Positions 39,105-52,315 are shown, counted from the first letter of the stretch. The stretch is DNA of 64,000 nt from Narcine bancroftii (GCF_036971445.1 NC_091478.1:32302001-32366000); one strand, 5' to 3'. Notes: a model not told the origin generated them from the letters alone. A program made the numbers and translations.

Positions 39105-39421
39105 ATCAATTCTCAGAAGATAAGCAAGACCAAAACAGTCAGCTTCTTTTATCTGCTCAAAAAGATAGTGAACTACAACGCGAGATTGCAGAGGGACTGA
39201 AGTTGGAGCTTTCTGATATGAGAAGGCGTTATGAAGAAAAGAGCTTGGAAGTCAAGGCCATGGGTATCAAATTTCAGGCAGAACAAAGTTGCAACAGATG
39301 GAAGGCTGATGAAGATAGAAAAGCCTCAGCTGAAAAGATGCAGAAACTTCAAATGGAATTGGAGACCACTAAAGCCCAATATGAAGATGAAACAAAAAGA
39401 TCAGCAGATCTTTTGTATCAG
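39105..39421 (+). CDS. CEP55: CEP55 coding exon 5
   Basis: acag|AT CAA TTC...LELSDMRRRYEE...EDETKRSADLLYQ|gtcaaa, 317 nt. Confidence 0.92.
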
Positions 39422-40729
39422 GTCAAAGTTTACTTGTGCTCAATGATAACTTTTTGTTCTGCAATTGTACCAGTGAAACACAATTTAGTGTAATTTATCA
39501 TAAGTTGTGAATGCACAGCATAAAATTATATGTGCTGTAAAGATAAGCTGAGAATACAAGCCATGGCACTAGATATTCGTAAATTTATCACGTTGTGTCT
39601 ATTTGAATCCTAAAAGAATAATTTCCTTCTGTCCAACTTTCAGTGTTTCTAGTACACTTTAAGATTTTTCTGCCAATTTGATTTCTTTATGCTAGTTTTC
39701 TCAAATATTGTTGCACGTTTAATTCATAGACATTGATGGCTTTTGTGGATTATCAATCGTATAAAACTTAAGATCTCAAAGGAATGGGCATTCAATATTC
39801 TAACTGGATGCCATCTCACCAAGGTTCCCATCTCACCAAGGTTCCCAATTCCTTCTCTGTGCAAAAGTGTATTCTATTGAGTGGCTTATTGTTAGTTTAT
39901 TGGTACTGGTGTTTGAATCTTGAATCTTTCACATGTTACATTAGGATGTTATGGAACTGGACTCATGAAATTGGAAGAATCAATGTGAAAATCAGAAGGG
40001 CTGAAAGCTGTTGAAATGCACTGAAAATTTACTGGTAGAAATTAGGCAAACATTTAGTTTTGTGAATATTTTGATTGCTACTGAAACATCTTTGTTAAAT
40101 TTCATCTTTAATGTAGACTAACACATTCAATTGATTTATTAGAACTTCATGCACTGGAACCTATTTGGAATGCTGGTACAGTATATTGCTTCATATCTAA
40201 GTGCAGATTTACAATTGCTTTAAGAGATGGGTTAGATCAATGTATGTGAGGTTGAAAGACTACTACATTGGATGGATAATCCATTGATAAGTGGTACAGG
40301 TGATCAGAAGTAGACGGAGGCTAAGTAATCCTTCACAGCTAAATATATTTTTTAAAACCCAACTGTTTCGTCTGAGCTGGAGTTTCCTCAAAGTTAAAAC
40401 TATTAATGTACTTCCTAATTATTGGTTTATTGGCTACTCTCGATGTACAAACTTCATCCATGTGCTATAAAAATTGAAAATTTAGTCTGCTAATTTAAGG
40501 TATTTTCACTCTCTTGGGTTACGTCAGGGTGGCCAAACTTTTAATTTTTAATTTAGATGACAGCATGGAAACAGGCCATTTCAGCCCATGAGTACATAGT
40601 AGGTTGATTGGGCGGAAATGGCCCGTTAACGTGCTGCATGTCCTCCTGATGATCTGATGTGTTTGAAAATTATTTTAACCTGCCTTATTTAATTAGTCAT
40701 AAAAACAATTGTTTTTACTATTTGTGTAG

Positions 40730-40801
40730 ATCCGGCTCCTTCAAAAGTCCTCCATAAACCAGCAAGAAGAACAATCAAGAAATCGAATAATGGAACAACA
40801 G
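40730..40801 (+). CDS. CEP55: CEP55 coding exon 6
   Basis: gtgtag|IRLLQKSSINQQEEQSRNRIMEQQ|gtattg, 72 nt. Confidence 0.92.
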
Positions 40802-41169
40802 GTATTGTTATGAACAATGTATTTTAAAAAATAAATTAGATGTACACTAAGTTTAATTCATAGAAAGCATTTACAAATTCTTCATTTAATGTTGTCTGTT
40901 ATGGCCAAGGAATGAAAGTTTATGGGATTGTAGACAAATGGATTTTGGGATGGCTATGCTAAACACTTCATTTATAAAGTCACGTGGCTCCAGAAATGTG
41001 CATTCCTGGGATATCGATCTGTTCTTCTCATTGGATTGGAGTTGATACACTGACTTGATTGCATTGGTTATAGATGGGTTATGCAGGGTCATGAGATTAC
41101 AGATCATGGATGAAATACTGTTATGTTGCTGTTGAACCATAGTGTCTCATGTTGTGAATCTTTTTTTTA

Positions 41170-41510
41170 TCCAAGTTAAGTTTATTGTCACCTGATTGCA
41201 CAAGTACAACTGGACAAAACTGTGTTCTCTAGTCCTTGTTACAAACATGCAGGAATACAACCAGACATAACATACATACAGACAAACAGCACACATGCAG
41301 GACAAGTATTCATCAATACAAATAAATAAATAGTTTCATGAATATGACACTCTCAGATAGTGTGAGCATGTCCTTTGGTCGTTCAGCATTCTCACTCCCC
41401 ATAGGAAGAAGCTGTTCCTCAGCCTGGTGGTGTTGGCTCTGATACTCCTGTATCCCCGACAGGAGTAGCTGAAAGATGTTGGGTGTGGGGTGGAAGGAGT
41501 CCTCAAAGAT
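41170..41510 (-). mobile_element. Rex1/Babar-like 3' fragment
   Basis: Same family as 3200-3550 (RGYRSIRANTTRLRNSFF). Confidence 0.7.
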
Positions 41511-42511
41511 TTCAATTCATGAGAACTCCATGAGGCTGTCCATAATGTAAAAACATACTTCCTTGGTCTTTTGTGATGGATTTTTGGACATTTTATAAAA
41601 TGGCAGTGCTGCCACTGGTGTGGACCTGGGACTGTGGAGACACAGCATTGCTCAGAAAGGTTTAACTGCCCGGTCCTAATGCCAGTGGCTCCATACAAAC
41701 TTTAAGTGGCCTGATAGAGGAGCCATCAGTGTTTTTTAAACTAAAATCCAGCAGCTACTGGTCTGTGCCCAAGATGGTAGAGCCTCTGCCTGGCAGGTGC
41801 CTCTCCAGAGCAGGGATCCAAAAACATTAAGATCCTTTCCACAACCCCCCCTCCACCCCAATTAAGAAGCAGAGGATGCTACAGAACAGTGAGCACCTCA
41901 GTGGGGGTCAGCAGCTGAGGGACCCACATGGGCTCCTGGAGTCTGGTTCATGGGATCCAAGTATCTGGAATGGGTTTCAAGAGGGTGCTGAGGGTAAGAA
42001 GGGCTACTGAAGGGCCTTGGGCATTGAAGGCTCACTGATTATGTCAGAGGTTTGGATCTGGGGCTTAGATTGTTGATGGATTGAACAGGTGAATGGACAT
42101 TCAGTGACTCTGAAGGGATTCTCCTTTACTTCCATTTCTCTCATACTGTGAGGGGTGCCAGGTGACACTAATGGCGACTGCCTTATGGCAGGCAGAAGGC
42201 AAGTTAGTGTAATATTGCATGATAATGACAATAAAAGAATCTTGAATCTAAATCCAGAGGTTGTTAATTGTTTAAAATATATTGTGAAAGGAATCCCACT
42301 GACTAGTTTGTATATTTAACCATTCTGTGATTGGATTAAAAATGGGTATTATTTTAACTGCTTTTAATAACTGCTTTACTGTGTGCCTCTCTGATAATGC
42401 AACTTTCCTCCTTGGATCCTATTGGGTGGGATCCTGGGTGTCTGGACCATAGTCTACGTTGACCATGCTGAGAATCCCATATATCATAGCTTTTTAAATT
42501 TAAATGTATAA

Positions 42512-42700
42512 ATTTTAAACATACAGCATGGTAACAGACCCTTTTTCCCCACAATGCTGGTAAGTTTTGGAATGGTGGGAGAAAATCAGAGAACCCAGAG
42601 GAAACCCATGTAGACATGGGAGAATGTACAAACCCCTTGCAGAGAGCGCTGGATTCGAACCCTGGTCAGTGGTGCTGTAATGGTGATACACTAACCATGC
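42512..42700 (-). mobile_element. V-SINE/HE1-like SINE
   Basis: GGTGGGAGAAAATCAGAGAACCCAGAGGAAACCCA...GGATTCGAACCC (reverse V-domain and B box). Confidence 0.7.
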
Positions 42701-43393
42701 TGTGCTTGTTCAATCCACCATCTGTTATTGGGTTATGGGTGTTCTGTTGGACCTATGTCCTTTTCCCTTGAGGACTGGTGGAATCTATGATACAGAAATG
42801 TGTTATATTTGCAGTTAATTAACTCCTCAATCTCTTGGTCATTCTCATCAGTCCAGACCTGGTTCTTAATAGAGAAGCCAAGAATATTTTCACAGATGCT
42901 CGTTATGGTAGACTGTATAGAAGACAACATTTTATGGACTCTTCAATGTTCTTGGCTGAAAGTTGATAAGTTGTCTGGGTGGTCCTGTTATTGAGAAGTA
43001 GAAATTCTGCCTGGCCTGCAGGAAAAGGAATGTCATGTTTGTACTCTGACAATAAATCTGAACTTTTAATTTTTGAACTTTGAAATCATTGTCCAAAATG
43101 ATAATTAAAACTGAATGCCGTTCTTAAGAGTAGCGTCACTAGTCTACCTTTTTTATCCCATTATTTGTCCTGTGATCTCCCGTAGTGGCTGATTTGAAGA
43201 TGCCCTTGTTCCTCCATATGTATTCCATTTAGTGGCTTGTCTACAGCACAAGATTAACATTTGTTAGTTTAAACTGGTTTAATTGGTTAGCTTCTATTTT
43301 GCAATAGTGAACAAAACAATCAGCATTTACCATGAAGCTAAATTTTGCAAATAATTTTCAACTGTGAAGTTACTTTTGAATTTTATTTTATAG

Positions 43394-43519
43394 ATGCTGA
43401 ACATTTCTTCAGACTTTGAAAATGAGAAACTTGAACGTCAAAATCTGCAGCATCAATTAAGCAAAGTTTTGAAAGAATTGCGTAAGGCACGAGAGCAAAT
43501 TGCAAGGCTTGAGAATACT
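43394..43519 (+). CDS. CEP55: CEP55 coding exon 7
   Basis: ttatag|MLNISSDFENEKLERQNLQHQLSKVLKELRKAREQIARLENT|gtaagt, 126 nt. Confidence 0.95.
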
Positions 43520-43773
43520 GTAAGTATCCAGATAATTTACTAGCTTAGTATCCTTTGTAAAGTATGCTTCCATTTTTCCATACAAGATGTTGATGTGATT
43601 TCCTGCATAATGATGACTGAACTCGGCAGCATAATGAACACTAATGAACAGCATAACGACACTAATAGGCTTAATTAACATTGCTGAGATATGTTAACTG
43701 ACATTTTGGCGGGGGCAATGAGAATAGTCAATATAACAAAAAAAGCTCAATTGTAAAATGGGTATAGGAATAC

Positions 43774-43963
43774 CTCACTGACAAAAGGCAAAGGAGGAAA
43801 AACCCAACACCCAACCCCAACCAACCAATTTTCCCCTGCAACCGCTGCAATCGTGTCTGCCTGTCCCGCATCGGACTTGTCAGCCACAAACGAGCTTGCA
43901 GCTGACGTGGACTTTTTACCCCCTCCATAAATCTTCGTCCGCGAAGCCAAGCCAAAGAAGAAG
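43774..43963 (+). mobile_element. RTE-clade LINE 3' tail (190 bp) with 10-bp TSD in CEP55 intron 7
   Basis: TSD ATAGGAATAC at 43764-43773 and 43964-43973; near-identical to the other RTE copies. Confidence 0.9.
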
Positions 43964-44140
43964 ATAGGAATACAGTACTCCATACAGTACGATAGCAGCA
44001 GCCTTCAAAAAACATTTTCTGGCCTCTGACGATTGAGATCAAATGAATTACTGAAAAAAAAAATCCCTTGCTGAACTCTTACTGGAATGAATTGTTTGCA
44101 ATTTTTCATAAATAATTTTAAAAACACATTTTTATTTCAG

Positions 44141-44332
44141 AAAGCAGAAGATATCCGCATCTTGGAGCCAGTGTTGAACAGGGATAGAGGAGAAGAAGAA
44201 GAGAAATTAACTTTTCAAAAATCCAAAAATCATCTGGATGAGAGTTTCTTGGAATGTCCCAAGTGCAAAGCTCAGTACCCAACCAGTCAGCACCGTAACC
44301 TGCTGGAGCATATTGATTATTGCAATTACTAA
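44141..44332 (+). CDS. CEP55: CEP55 terminal coding exon 8 (NEMO-like C-terminal zinc finger)
   Basis: tttcag|KAEDIR...LDESFLECPKCKAQYPTSQHRNLLEHIDYCNY*; exons sum to 1338 nt (445 aa + stop). Confidence 0.95.
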   Translation, partial: KAEDIRILEPVLNRDRGEEEEKLTFQKSKNHLDESFLECPKCKAQYPTSQHRNLLEHIDYCNY

Positions 44333-46138
44333 GATCTGTCAAGTTTGTTTTTCCTCTTCCTTTTCCAGTTGCATTTTTAAAGTTTGCGATTTTTAAAGAT
44401 ATGGCCCCAGGGAATAATTAATTAGGAAATTAGATGGCCTTGGTCATTAGAATACATGCGAACAATGGTTGGGATTGTTTACAATTTTGTTCATGGACAT
44501 TATTTCTTCAAATGGCGTTGATCTTTTTTTCCAAGTACATCCTTTTAAATATTCTGTATTAATCAAGTGGGAAATAATACTCTTATATCATGCCAAAAAA
44601 AATTCACCTGAACATTAAAAAAAAATTAGAATATTTGGAGTCTCGAACATCAAGCTTTGCTGCATTATCTTGCAATTGCTCTAAGGCTTCAGTGTAATCT
44701 TGAACTGCAGTCAGTTCTGTAGATAAAGCAAACTGAGAAGATAGAGTTAAATTAGGGCAAAGGGCTGTTCTGTTATGGACAGAATTCTGCTATGTTGATT
44801 AAGCACTCCAAATCTTGCAGTCATTTGTTAATGTTTCTCAGCAGGGCAAAGGAATTTTAAATTTGTTTTTTTCCCTCCCTCTGATTTGCACATGAAAGCA
44901 AAACTGTGAAATAATTCACAATACAGTACTTGCATTTAGTTCGTTTGCTGAAGATCTAGTTTTATGCATTGTTTTTCTACTTGGGAATATAGCGTTTTGA
45001 GAAGTTAAATGTATTTTACTGATTTTAATAGTTTATCGTAACTTGAAGTTGTAAGTCTTTTCCTCTGTAACCTCGTTTAACATGTACACCTATAAACATA
45101 TACTTTTCGTCGTGTTGACATGCCTTCACAGTTCCATTCTTAGAACTCCTGGGAAGCCATAAAAGCCTTTATTGCTTGATGACCTGCTTCTGAACCTGAT
45201 TATGGCATGTTTATATTGTATTAATTGGTTGTTTTAAAATAAGCATAAATTTTTTTTAAAAATTAGTTTTTTTAAGCCATTTATAGTGATCTAATTGATC
45301 ATGGTGTTCAATGATCTAAAATTAACTGACATTTGGATGCAAACAACTTTCTCGCAACCTTTGATTAACCTTTTTGTTCAGTTAGCTTTGCCAGAGATTA
45401 CTGAATTTGGTGATTTCAAAGAACTAGTATTGCAGGAAGCACTGATGGGGAAAATTTACTGAAGCAGTTTTCCAGTTACAGCAAAATATTGAGATACATT
45501 ACTGAATATATGCTACTGTTAAATATTATTTTAGAATATTTTGTTTAAAGATCTTTCCTTTTTAGAATGTTTATTTAAATGCTCCTTTTGAATTAAGATA
45601 TAAGCATACCATCTTTTGGGTAAAGGACTTGTGGAAAATGAATGATTATAGGTTGCTCTTTCCATATTTATTTTTCACACCGAATGGTTCTGTTAAGAGG
45701 TGCATTATTTTAATATATGAAAGCTTCATAATTTGAATCTGTTTTGCACTTTTCTTTAAGCGTAAAAGGTGCAAAGGGGGCGGACTATTTCAAGTTCAGC
45801 CTCTATGTATATGCTGTAGGGCCAGAGCAGGAACCATGACAGTTTCCTTCCAGGTTGTTGTAATTTTGCCATTATTTTTGGATGGTTTTAATTCAAGTTT
45901 TATGAACCATCCATTTGCAGCTTGGGTAACAGAATATTAACCAGTTCCTGAAGTTAATCTTGAGCCAGTTACAACAGATGGCATGATGTTGTTCTCTTGC
46001 ACAATATTGTTGAGAGGCATCTGGTCTGGAATGTCGTTCCAGAAAAGAACTGGGATAATAAACGTGGAGGGTGGGGGAATTTTCAGTGTGGTTTGTAATT
46101 TTCTAATGCACTGTAACAACCCACTTCATTCTTCCCCA

Positions 46139-46387
46139 AATAAATTTTAATGTTTCTTAAAGCTTCACCTCTCAAGATCAGTTGTATATGAATATAGTAA
46201 ATTAGTTTGAATTTGTGGTTTATAGTTTGAATACTAACATTTTAGCTCAAACCAATAACCTCAAGAAGTTGAATATTTTTATAAAACTTAAATTATTTAG
46301 GTGAAGTCAGAATGGGTTGTATAGAGTTTTATTTTTCATATTTTAAACATTGTCCATTTTTATAATTATATAAACAGAGTGATTAAA
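46139..46387 (+). terminator. Candidate CEP55 polyadenylation signals (long AU-rich 3' UTR)
   Basis: AATAAA 46139-46144 and ATTAAA 46382-46387, the latter followed by a GT/T-rich tract. Confidence 0.4.
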
Positions 46388-47629
46388 AATATTGCATTGT
46401 TTGGTTTCTTTTTGCTGAAGTAATCTCTTTATTTGCAAACAAAATATTTAGTCATTTTAAGGTAACTTGAAATAAGTGATTTTATCTCAATTTATTTCCT
46501 TATCAATGAAGCATGTCAAGAGCAGTTTGCCGTTCATTTTCTGCTCAGTTGAAAATGGTATATATGTTGTAAAAGATTTGGTGTCAAATAACTTGCATTT
46601 GTTCAGCCAATTGTAGAGTCAGCTTTTTTGCAACATTAGTGATGGAACAACTTGAAGTGATAGGGAGAATCTAGTCTGGCTAACTTCAATAATGCCTAAT
46701 ATGCCTCAAAAGAGGTGATTAAAAATATTTACTTGCTGAAGAGAGTTGTTTCATATCTTTGTTTCTGCTTTATGTCAAACGGAATTGCATTGCATCTGAA
46801 CATTTTGAAAACACCTTTAGACAGTGTCTGTGAACAGAAAGTGGACCTGAGGTGGCCAATGTTACCCACATTAGAAGATGTTTAGTGCGCTGCAGTTAGG
46901 TCTAAACAAATTTTCAAAAGCATGATAAATGTTGACTGTTGTAACACACCTAATCTTGAAGTTGGTCAGTTTTGTTGCAAGGAAACCGAGCCTTTGGCCC
47001 AAGTGATCTACACTGACCAAGTTGCCTACCCGAGCCAGTCCCTTTTGCTTGTGTTTGGCACATATTCCTCTAAAACATTCCTATGCATGCACTTGTCCAA
47101 ACATCTTTTGAACCTGACATTTGTAACCACTTCTGCTCCTTCCTCTGGCAGCTCATTTCTGTGCAAAAAAAAAACAAATCAGGGTGGGAGGGCAGAAGAG
47201 CTGGGAAGTGATGGGGGAGGGTACCGTCCTCTGAATGGAGAGGAAAGGGGGTGGGAAAATGGAGGGAAGAAGGATAGAGAGAGATAGAGGAAAAGGAAGG
47301 GGCCTAACAGAAACCAGCAGGTCTTCAGTCATTTGTAGTCTTTGTTCACAACAGAATAATATGCAGAGAAGTCCAATTGTTAATTCCTAACAATTTGCTG
47401 GCTCCATTCAATTATGTAATTGTCTAATTTCTCCAGTCCTTAAACCAGTATGTGATCCTGGCTGACTGGTGATGTGATTATTTACATGATTGATACTGTG
47501 TGCAACATGCCAAATCTAAATAAACCATGCTTGGTTAAAGCAACATTGAAGATATGGAATGATTGCAGTTTCGGGGATAGTCTAGAGCAGCTATTCTCAT
47601 CTCTAGTAACACATTTTTTTAATGCAGTC

Positions 47630-47743
47630 CAGTGGTTTTCAACCTTTTTCTTTCCACCCACATATCACCTTAAGTAATCCCTTACATATCACAGAGCACC
47701 TATGGCATAGGGAATACTTAGTGGTATGTGAGTGGAACCACAG
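47630..47743 (+). mobile_element. Single hAT MITE module
   Basis: CAGTGGTTTTCAACC...GTGGAACCACAG; same module as in the compound elements. Confidence 0.7.
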
Positions 47744-49029
47744 GTTTAAACAAAGCAGATCAAATTTAACCAAAATCTATTTTAATTAAAAGCTGTGGTA
47801 ATGTGCCATCTCCTGTATTTTAAAATTAATAATACATATGTTTCATTAGTCTTATTAAGACTTATTGGTATTAACCAGGCCTAGACAGGTCTCAGGCACC
47901 CAGTTTCAAGGCAATCCCTAGTTTCCACTCTCAAACTTGCCTCTCGGTGATTAAGCTAAGCCTGGATGTTGGTGCCCATGATGTTCCCTTGGCTAGATGC
48001 AGGTTGGTCCTTTTTTCCTTCAGTTTCCATGTGCTTCAGCCCTTAAATCTTAACTTGTGATGATGTTATTGGCTGATCTTATAAGGAGTGTTTTCTGCTT
48101 TGGTGATTCATAGTCCAGACCCCACTGACTGTCAGTTTTGTAGGAAATCTGCTATTCCATCTCAAAGATGGGATTTTCAAATATGGGAATTTCTGGACAA
48201 AGGAAGACTTAGCCAAACATGTCTTGGTAACAAATTACTACTCTCAACAAGTCATGTCTGGAAATCCCTTCTCATGATATTCTAATCCACAGGCATTCCC
48301 TGATAATCCAGATATTCAGGCATCCCTGATAAAAACCCTTTGTTGATACAAACCACTGTTGGTTGTGTGGCAACAGGCTCCGATAGATGAGTTTTTGTCT
48401 CTGCAACTGTGTGGCCTGCTTTACACTACTGACTTACAATATCATTAAAACAGCTTCAAAGAATCTCAGTAAATGTTTAATTTTGGTGTCATCTTATAAA
48501 CATTCATTATTTATTAACTTTTTTTCCAGGATTGCCAAGGGAATCATTAACAGCTATGCTAAAAAGCACATTTTGATAAGATCACCAATGCACAAGAATG
48601 GAAAAGATTAAATTTTTTTAATTACAGGGGATCTGGACATTTTACTAATAATTCCATGCAATTCCCTTGAATAAGACAAATTGCAGATTTGCATTATCAG
48701 ACATAACCTCATTTCCTCTCTCTGCCTTTTCTTTGAGTTCAGAATGGAAAAAGTACAAATTTTCTTGGTGACTCAAAACAAGCGCAACATCACATCTTAT
48801 CTTGAGTCTTGTAAGAATGATCTGCACAAGGATGTCTTGTAATCTGGTGTCTGAACTTATTTCCACTCCAGAAAAAGTTGATCCCCCACCCCCTTACACA
48901 ATGCCAAAAAAGCTAAGGTAGTGTCCAGGGTTTTTATTTATATTTGACAAAATAATGAAGAAATTATTTTAGTGAGGGCAGAAAAACTATTTATTGTCCA
49001 AGCCAAAACAGAAAACCCAGTATAATAAA

Positions 49030-50065
49030 GAGTGAAATAGTGAACTGGATTTGATAGTGGCTGGATGGGAGATGCCAGAGTAGTGGTGGATGATTACTTC
49101 TCAGACTGGAGGCCTGTGACTAGTCGTTTGCCTCAGGGATTGGTGCTGGGACCATTGTTGTGTGTCATTTTTATCATTGATCTGGATGATAATGTGGTAA
49201 ATTTGATCAGCAAATTTGCAGATGACACTATGATTGGAAGTGATGTGGGCAGCAAAGAAGATTTTCAAAGCTTCCAGAAGGAGCTGGACTTAGAAAAATG
49301 GGTTGAAACATGGCAGATGGAATTTAATGCAGACAAGTGTGAGTTGTTGCATTTTGGAGGACAAACTAAGAAAGGACACACACAGTAAATGGTAGGGCAC
49401 TGAGGAGTGCAGTAGAACAGAGGGTCCTGGGAATACAGATACATACTTCCCTGAAAGTGGATAGGGTTGTAAAGAGAAGTTTTGGCATATTGCCCTTTGT
49501 AAATCAAAGTATTGAGTATAGGAGTTGGGATATTATGGTAAAGCTGTATAAGGCACTGAGGCCAAATTTGGAGTTTTGGTCACCTTACTGCAGGAAGGAT
49601 ATCAATAAGGTTGAAAGAGTGATTTACTAGGATGTAGCCCGGACTTTAGGAACTGAATTACAGGGAAAGGTTAAACAGATTAGGACTTTATTCCCTGGAG
49701 TATAGAAGAATGAAGGAAGATTTGATAGTTATTTAAAATTGAGGGGGAAAGACAGAGTAAATGTAGATTGACTTTTCCCACTGAGGGTAGGTGAGATACA
49801 AACCAGAGGGCATGGGTTAAGAGTGAAAAGGGAAAAGTTTAGGGGAACTTCACAACACAGAGTTGTGGGAGTGTGGAACAAGTTGCCATTTGAGGTGGTG
49901 AATGTGGGCTCAATTTTAACTTTTAAGAAGGATTTGGACATGTACATTGATGGAAGAAGTATGGAGGGCTATGGACTGGGTACAAATCAGTGGAACTGGG
50001 CAAAAAAATTGGTTTGGCACAGGCTGAAAGGGCCTGTTTCTGTGCTGTAATGTTCTATGATTCTA
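49030..50065 (+). mobile_element. Degenerate CR1 LINE (RT plus 3' end)
   Basis: SDWRPVTSRLPQGLVLGPLL...ISKFADDT...WQMEFNADKCELLHFG; CTGTGCTGTAATGTTCTATG tail. Confidence 0.88.
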
Positions 50066-51508
50066 TATATTTTATGTCTTAGTAATTTGGATTGGAAGAG
50101 TGAAAAAATGCCTTGAATTTTAAACTCATTTTACAGTTATTAGGTAAATAACATCATCATGGGTAACATCAGTGAATTGCATATTTCAGTATTCACAACA
50201 ATTTTTCTCATCAGCTATGTTATTTATTGCTTCAGCAAATTAACTTAATTCCAATCTATGCCAACCAGTGTCATATTAGAGTTAACAGCAAGGCCAAGGT
50301 TCTATCTTTAATGCCATATTAATTTTCTTTATTAATAGGAGGCCATTTTGGCTCATCAGTCTTTACCAGATCACAGAGCATTCCCAATTAATTTTTCCTG
50401 TACTATTTTTCCCACTCCTACTGGATTGAATAGTGGTTAGTCTTTAATATACAGTATTTAACATAGACATGGAAGCGACAGAAGACTTTTCAACCAACAA
50501 CTGCAACCTATTAAAGCATGACTGATCCTTGACTTCAACATTGCTTTCTCAATTCAACCGGTCAGTAATGAACCAGATTCAACTCACAGCCAGTGCCATG
50601 ATCATTTAAGTAGCGTCACTAATCGTATTATGTGGTGTTTGACCTGAAGATGTACAAAGCAGCTGAAATATTCCAGATCTGGATAAGCTGTCCTGGCGAT
50701 AAACCAGACAATTAAATACATTAAAAAAAACTCCATCTAAGGTGTTCATAAAACAATCTCAAGACGCTGGCTGAATGTTTGGGTACTTCAGAAACTTTCT
50801 GTGAAGTATTCCGTACATAAGTTATGAGGAGCAATTGTAAAAAAGACAGTCACACTCCCTGGAACTTAGCAGTTGAAGTGTTCAAATCATAGGTTGAATG
50901 AAAGGGTATGTTAAAGTGGACCTTGGTGGTTTGAAAACAAACACAGCTGCACAAACTTTTAATCACTTTGCAAAGCATGAAAACTTAACAGCCACAAGTA
51001 CTGCAATGAGCAGCTTGTCTTGCTATCAAGACAGTTTCCTCATGGATTGAAAATTATGTAATTTTATACCTTCAGACCCCTAGGGTTCCCTAAAATTCAA
51101 ATTGACAGCTCCATATGGCTGCATACATCTATTCCTTAGAATTGGGATTTGTTAATCAGGGTTGTGTCCTGTACCCAATGGTCTTTTACTACCAAAAAAG
51201 ATTGTTATCAGCTCTAGCTGATAAAGAACAGAATGCAGAAATCTGCCTGCCAGTCAGTATTTTAAGCATTCTCAAGTAGATAAAGAAAGAGGCGAGACTC
51301 CACAATAAAGATAGCATTTTTGAGAATTTAAACCCACTTTGTTCTCCTGATAATTAGGAAACAAAGGGAAGTTGATATTTGGAACAATCTACTGTAAATG
51401 GCAAATAAATTTAAACCAGAACAAAATAAACTTTTGTTACCTAGAATGATGAAGTTGTTCGAGCAAAGGTGGTAATGTTGTTTAATTCAGATCAGCCATA
51501 ATTTAACT

Positions 51509-51863
51509 CAGTGGTTTTCAAACTTTTTCTTTCCACCCACATTCTACCATAAGTGGTCTGTGATTAGTAAGGGATTGCTTAAGGTGGTATATGAGTGGAA
51601 AGAAAATGTTTGAAAACCACTGTTTTAATCGTACCTAATTGACACGTTATGTGCACGGTTTCATAACTCCAAAGGAAATGGGCCAATGACCATTTCTCTC
51701 AAGCAAAATATTTCAGTAACAATTGAGCCGAGAGCAGTGATTCTCAACCTTCCCTTTCCATTCACATACCTCCTTAAGCAATCCCATACTAATCACAGAG
51801 CACCTATGGCATCGGGATTACTTAAGGTGACATGAGTGAAAAGAAAAAGTTTGAAAACCATTG
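51509..51863 (+). mobile_element. Complete compound hAT (Charlie-like) MITE
   Basis: Outer TIRs CAGTGGTTTTCAAAC / GTTTGAAAACCATTG; 8-bp TSD ATTTAACT/ATCTAACT; internal TIRs ending 51622 and starting 51735. Confidence 0.85.
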
Positions 51864-52315
51864 ATCTAACTGAATAGCAGAACCAACTTAAGGACAGATT
51901 GACTTATCTCCTGTCATTTTATTTCACATAAGTCAACGGAACTATTTAGGATACTCTCTCCAAATAAATTTACATTCATCTTTTAGTAAGGTGAGCCACA
52001 ATGAACACAACAGTCCATATGTGGTTTCAACAAAGCCTTTTAGAATCCAACAAGACTTACTTTGTCAAATATGTCAAGCACAATGTTTAAAAAAAAGGTG
52101 AATATCCTATTTGCTTATGGATCTGTATGTCAACATGTAAACATTCAAGTCCATTTTGGCATTAACCTGTGCCACAATAATTGTAGTACCTTTGGTTTAA
52201 GCTTCTATTCCTTAACTAATAATTTTGATTAATCACTGTCTCCCCAGAGTTTATCATTCATTTGGTTGAATAAATCTAATTTGGCAGTAATGCCAAATTT
52301 TGCATATTTAAACAG

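Noticed and set aside
47440-47612. SWLTGDVIIYMI...SLEQLFS as a possible decayed FFAR4 exon 1 (human AWLLGPVACHLLFYVM...SLERMVC)
   Set aside because: W-to-SLE spacing is 40 versus 29 residues and the intervening stretch is not hydrophobic; probably chance, though a tblastn should test it
50159-50370. MGNISELHISVFTTIFLISYVIYC... as a possible GPCR N-terminus/TM1
   Set aside because: Only 29 codons, lacks the GN motif, AT-rich hydrophobic bias; downstream similarity falls in a SINE-tail-like fragment
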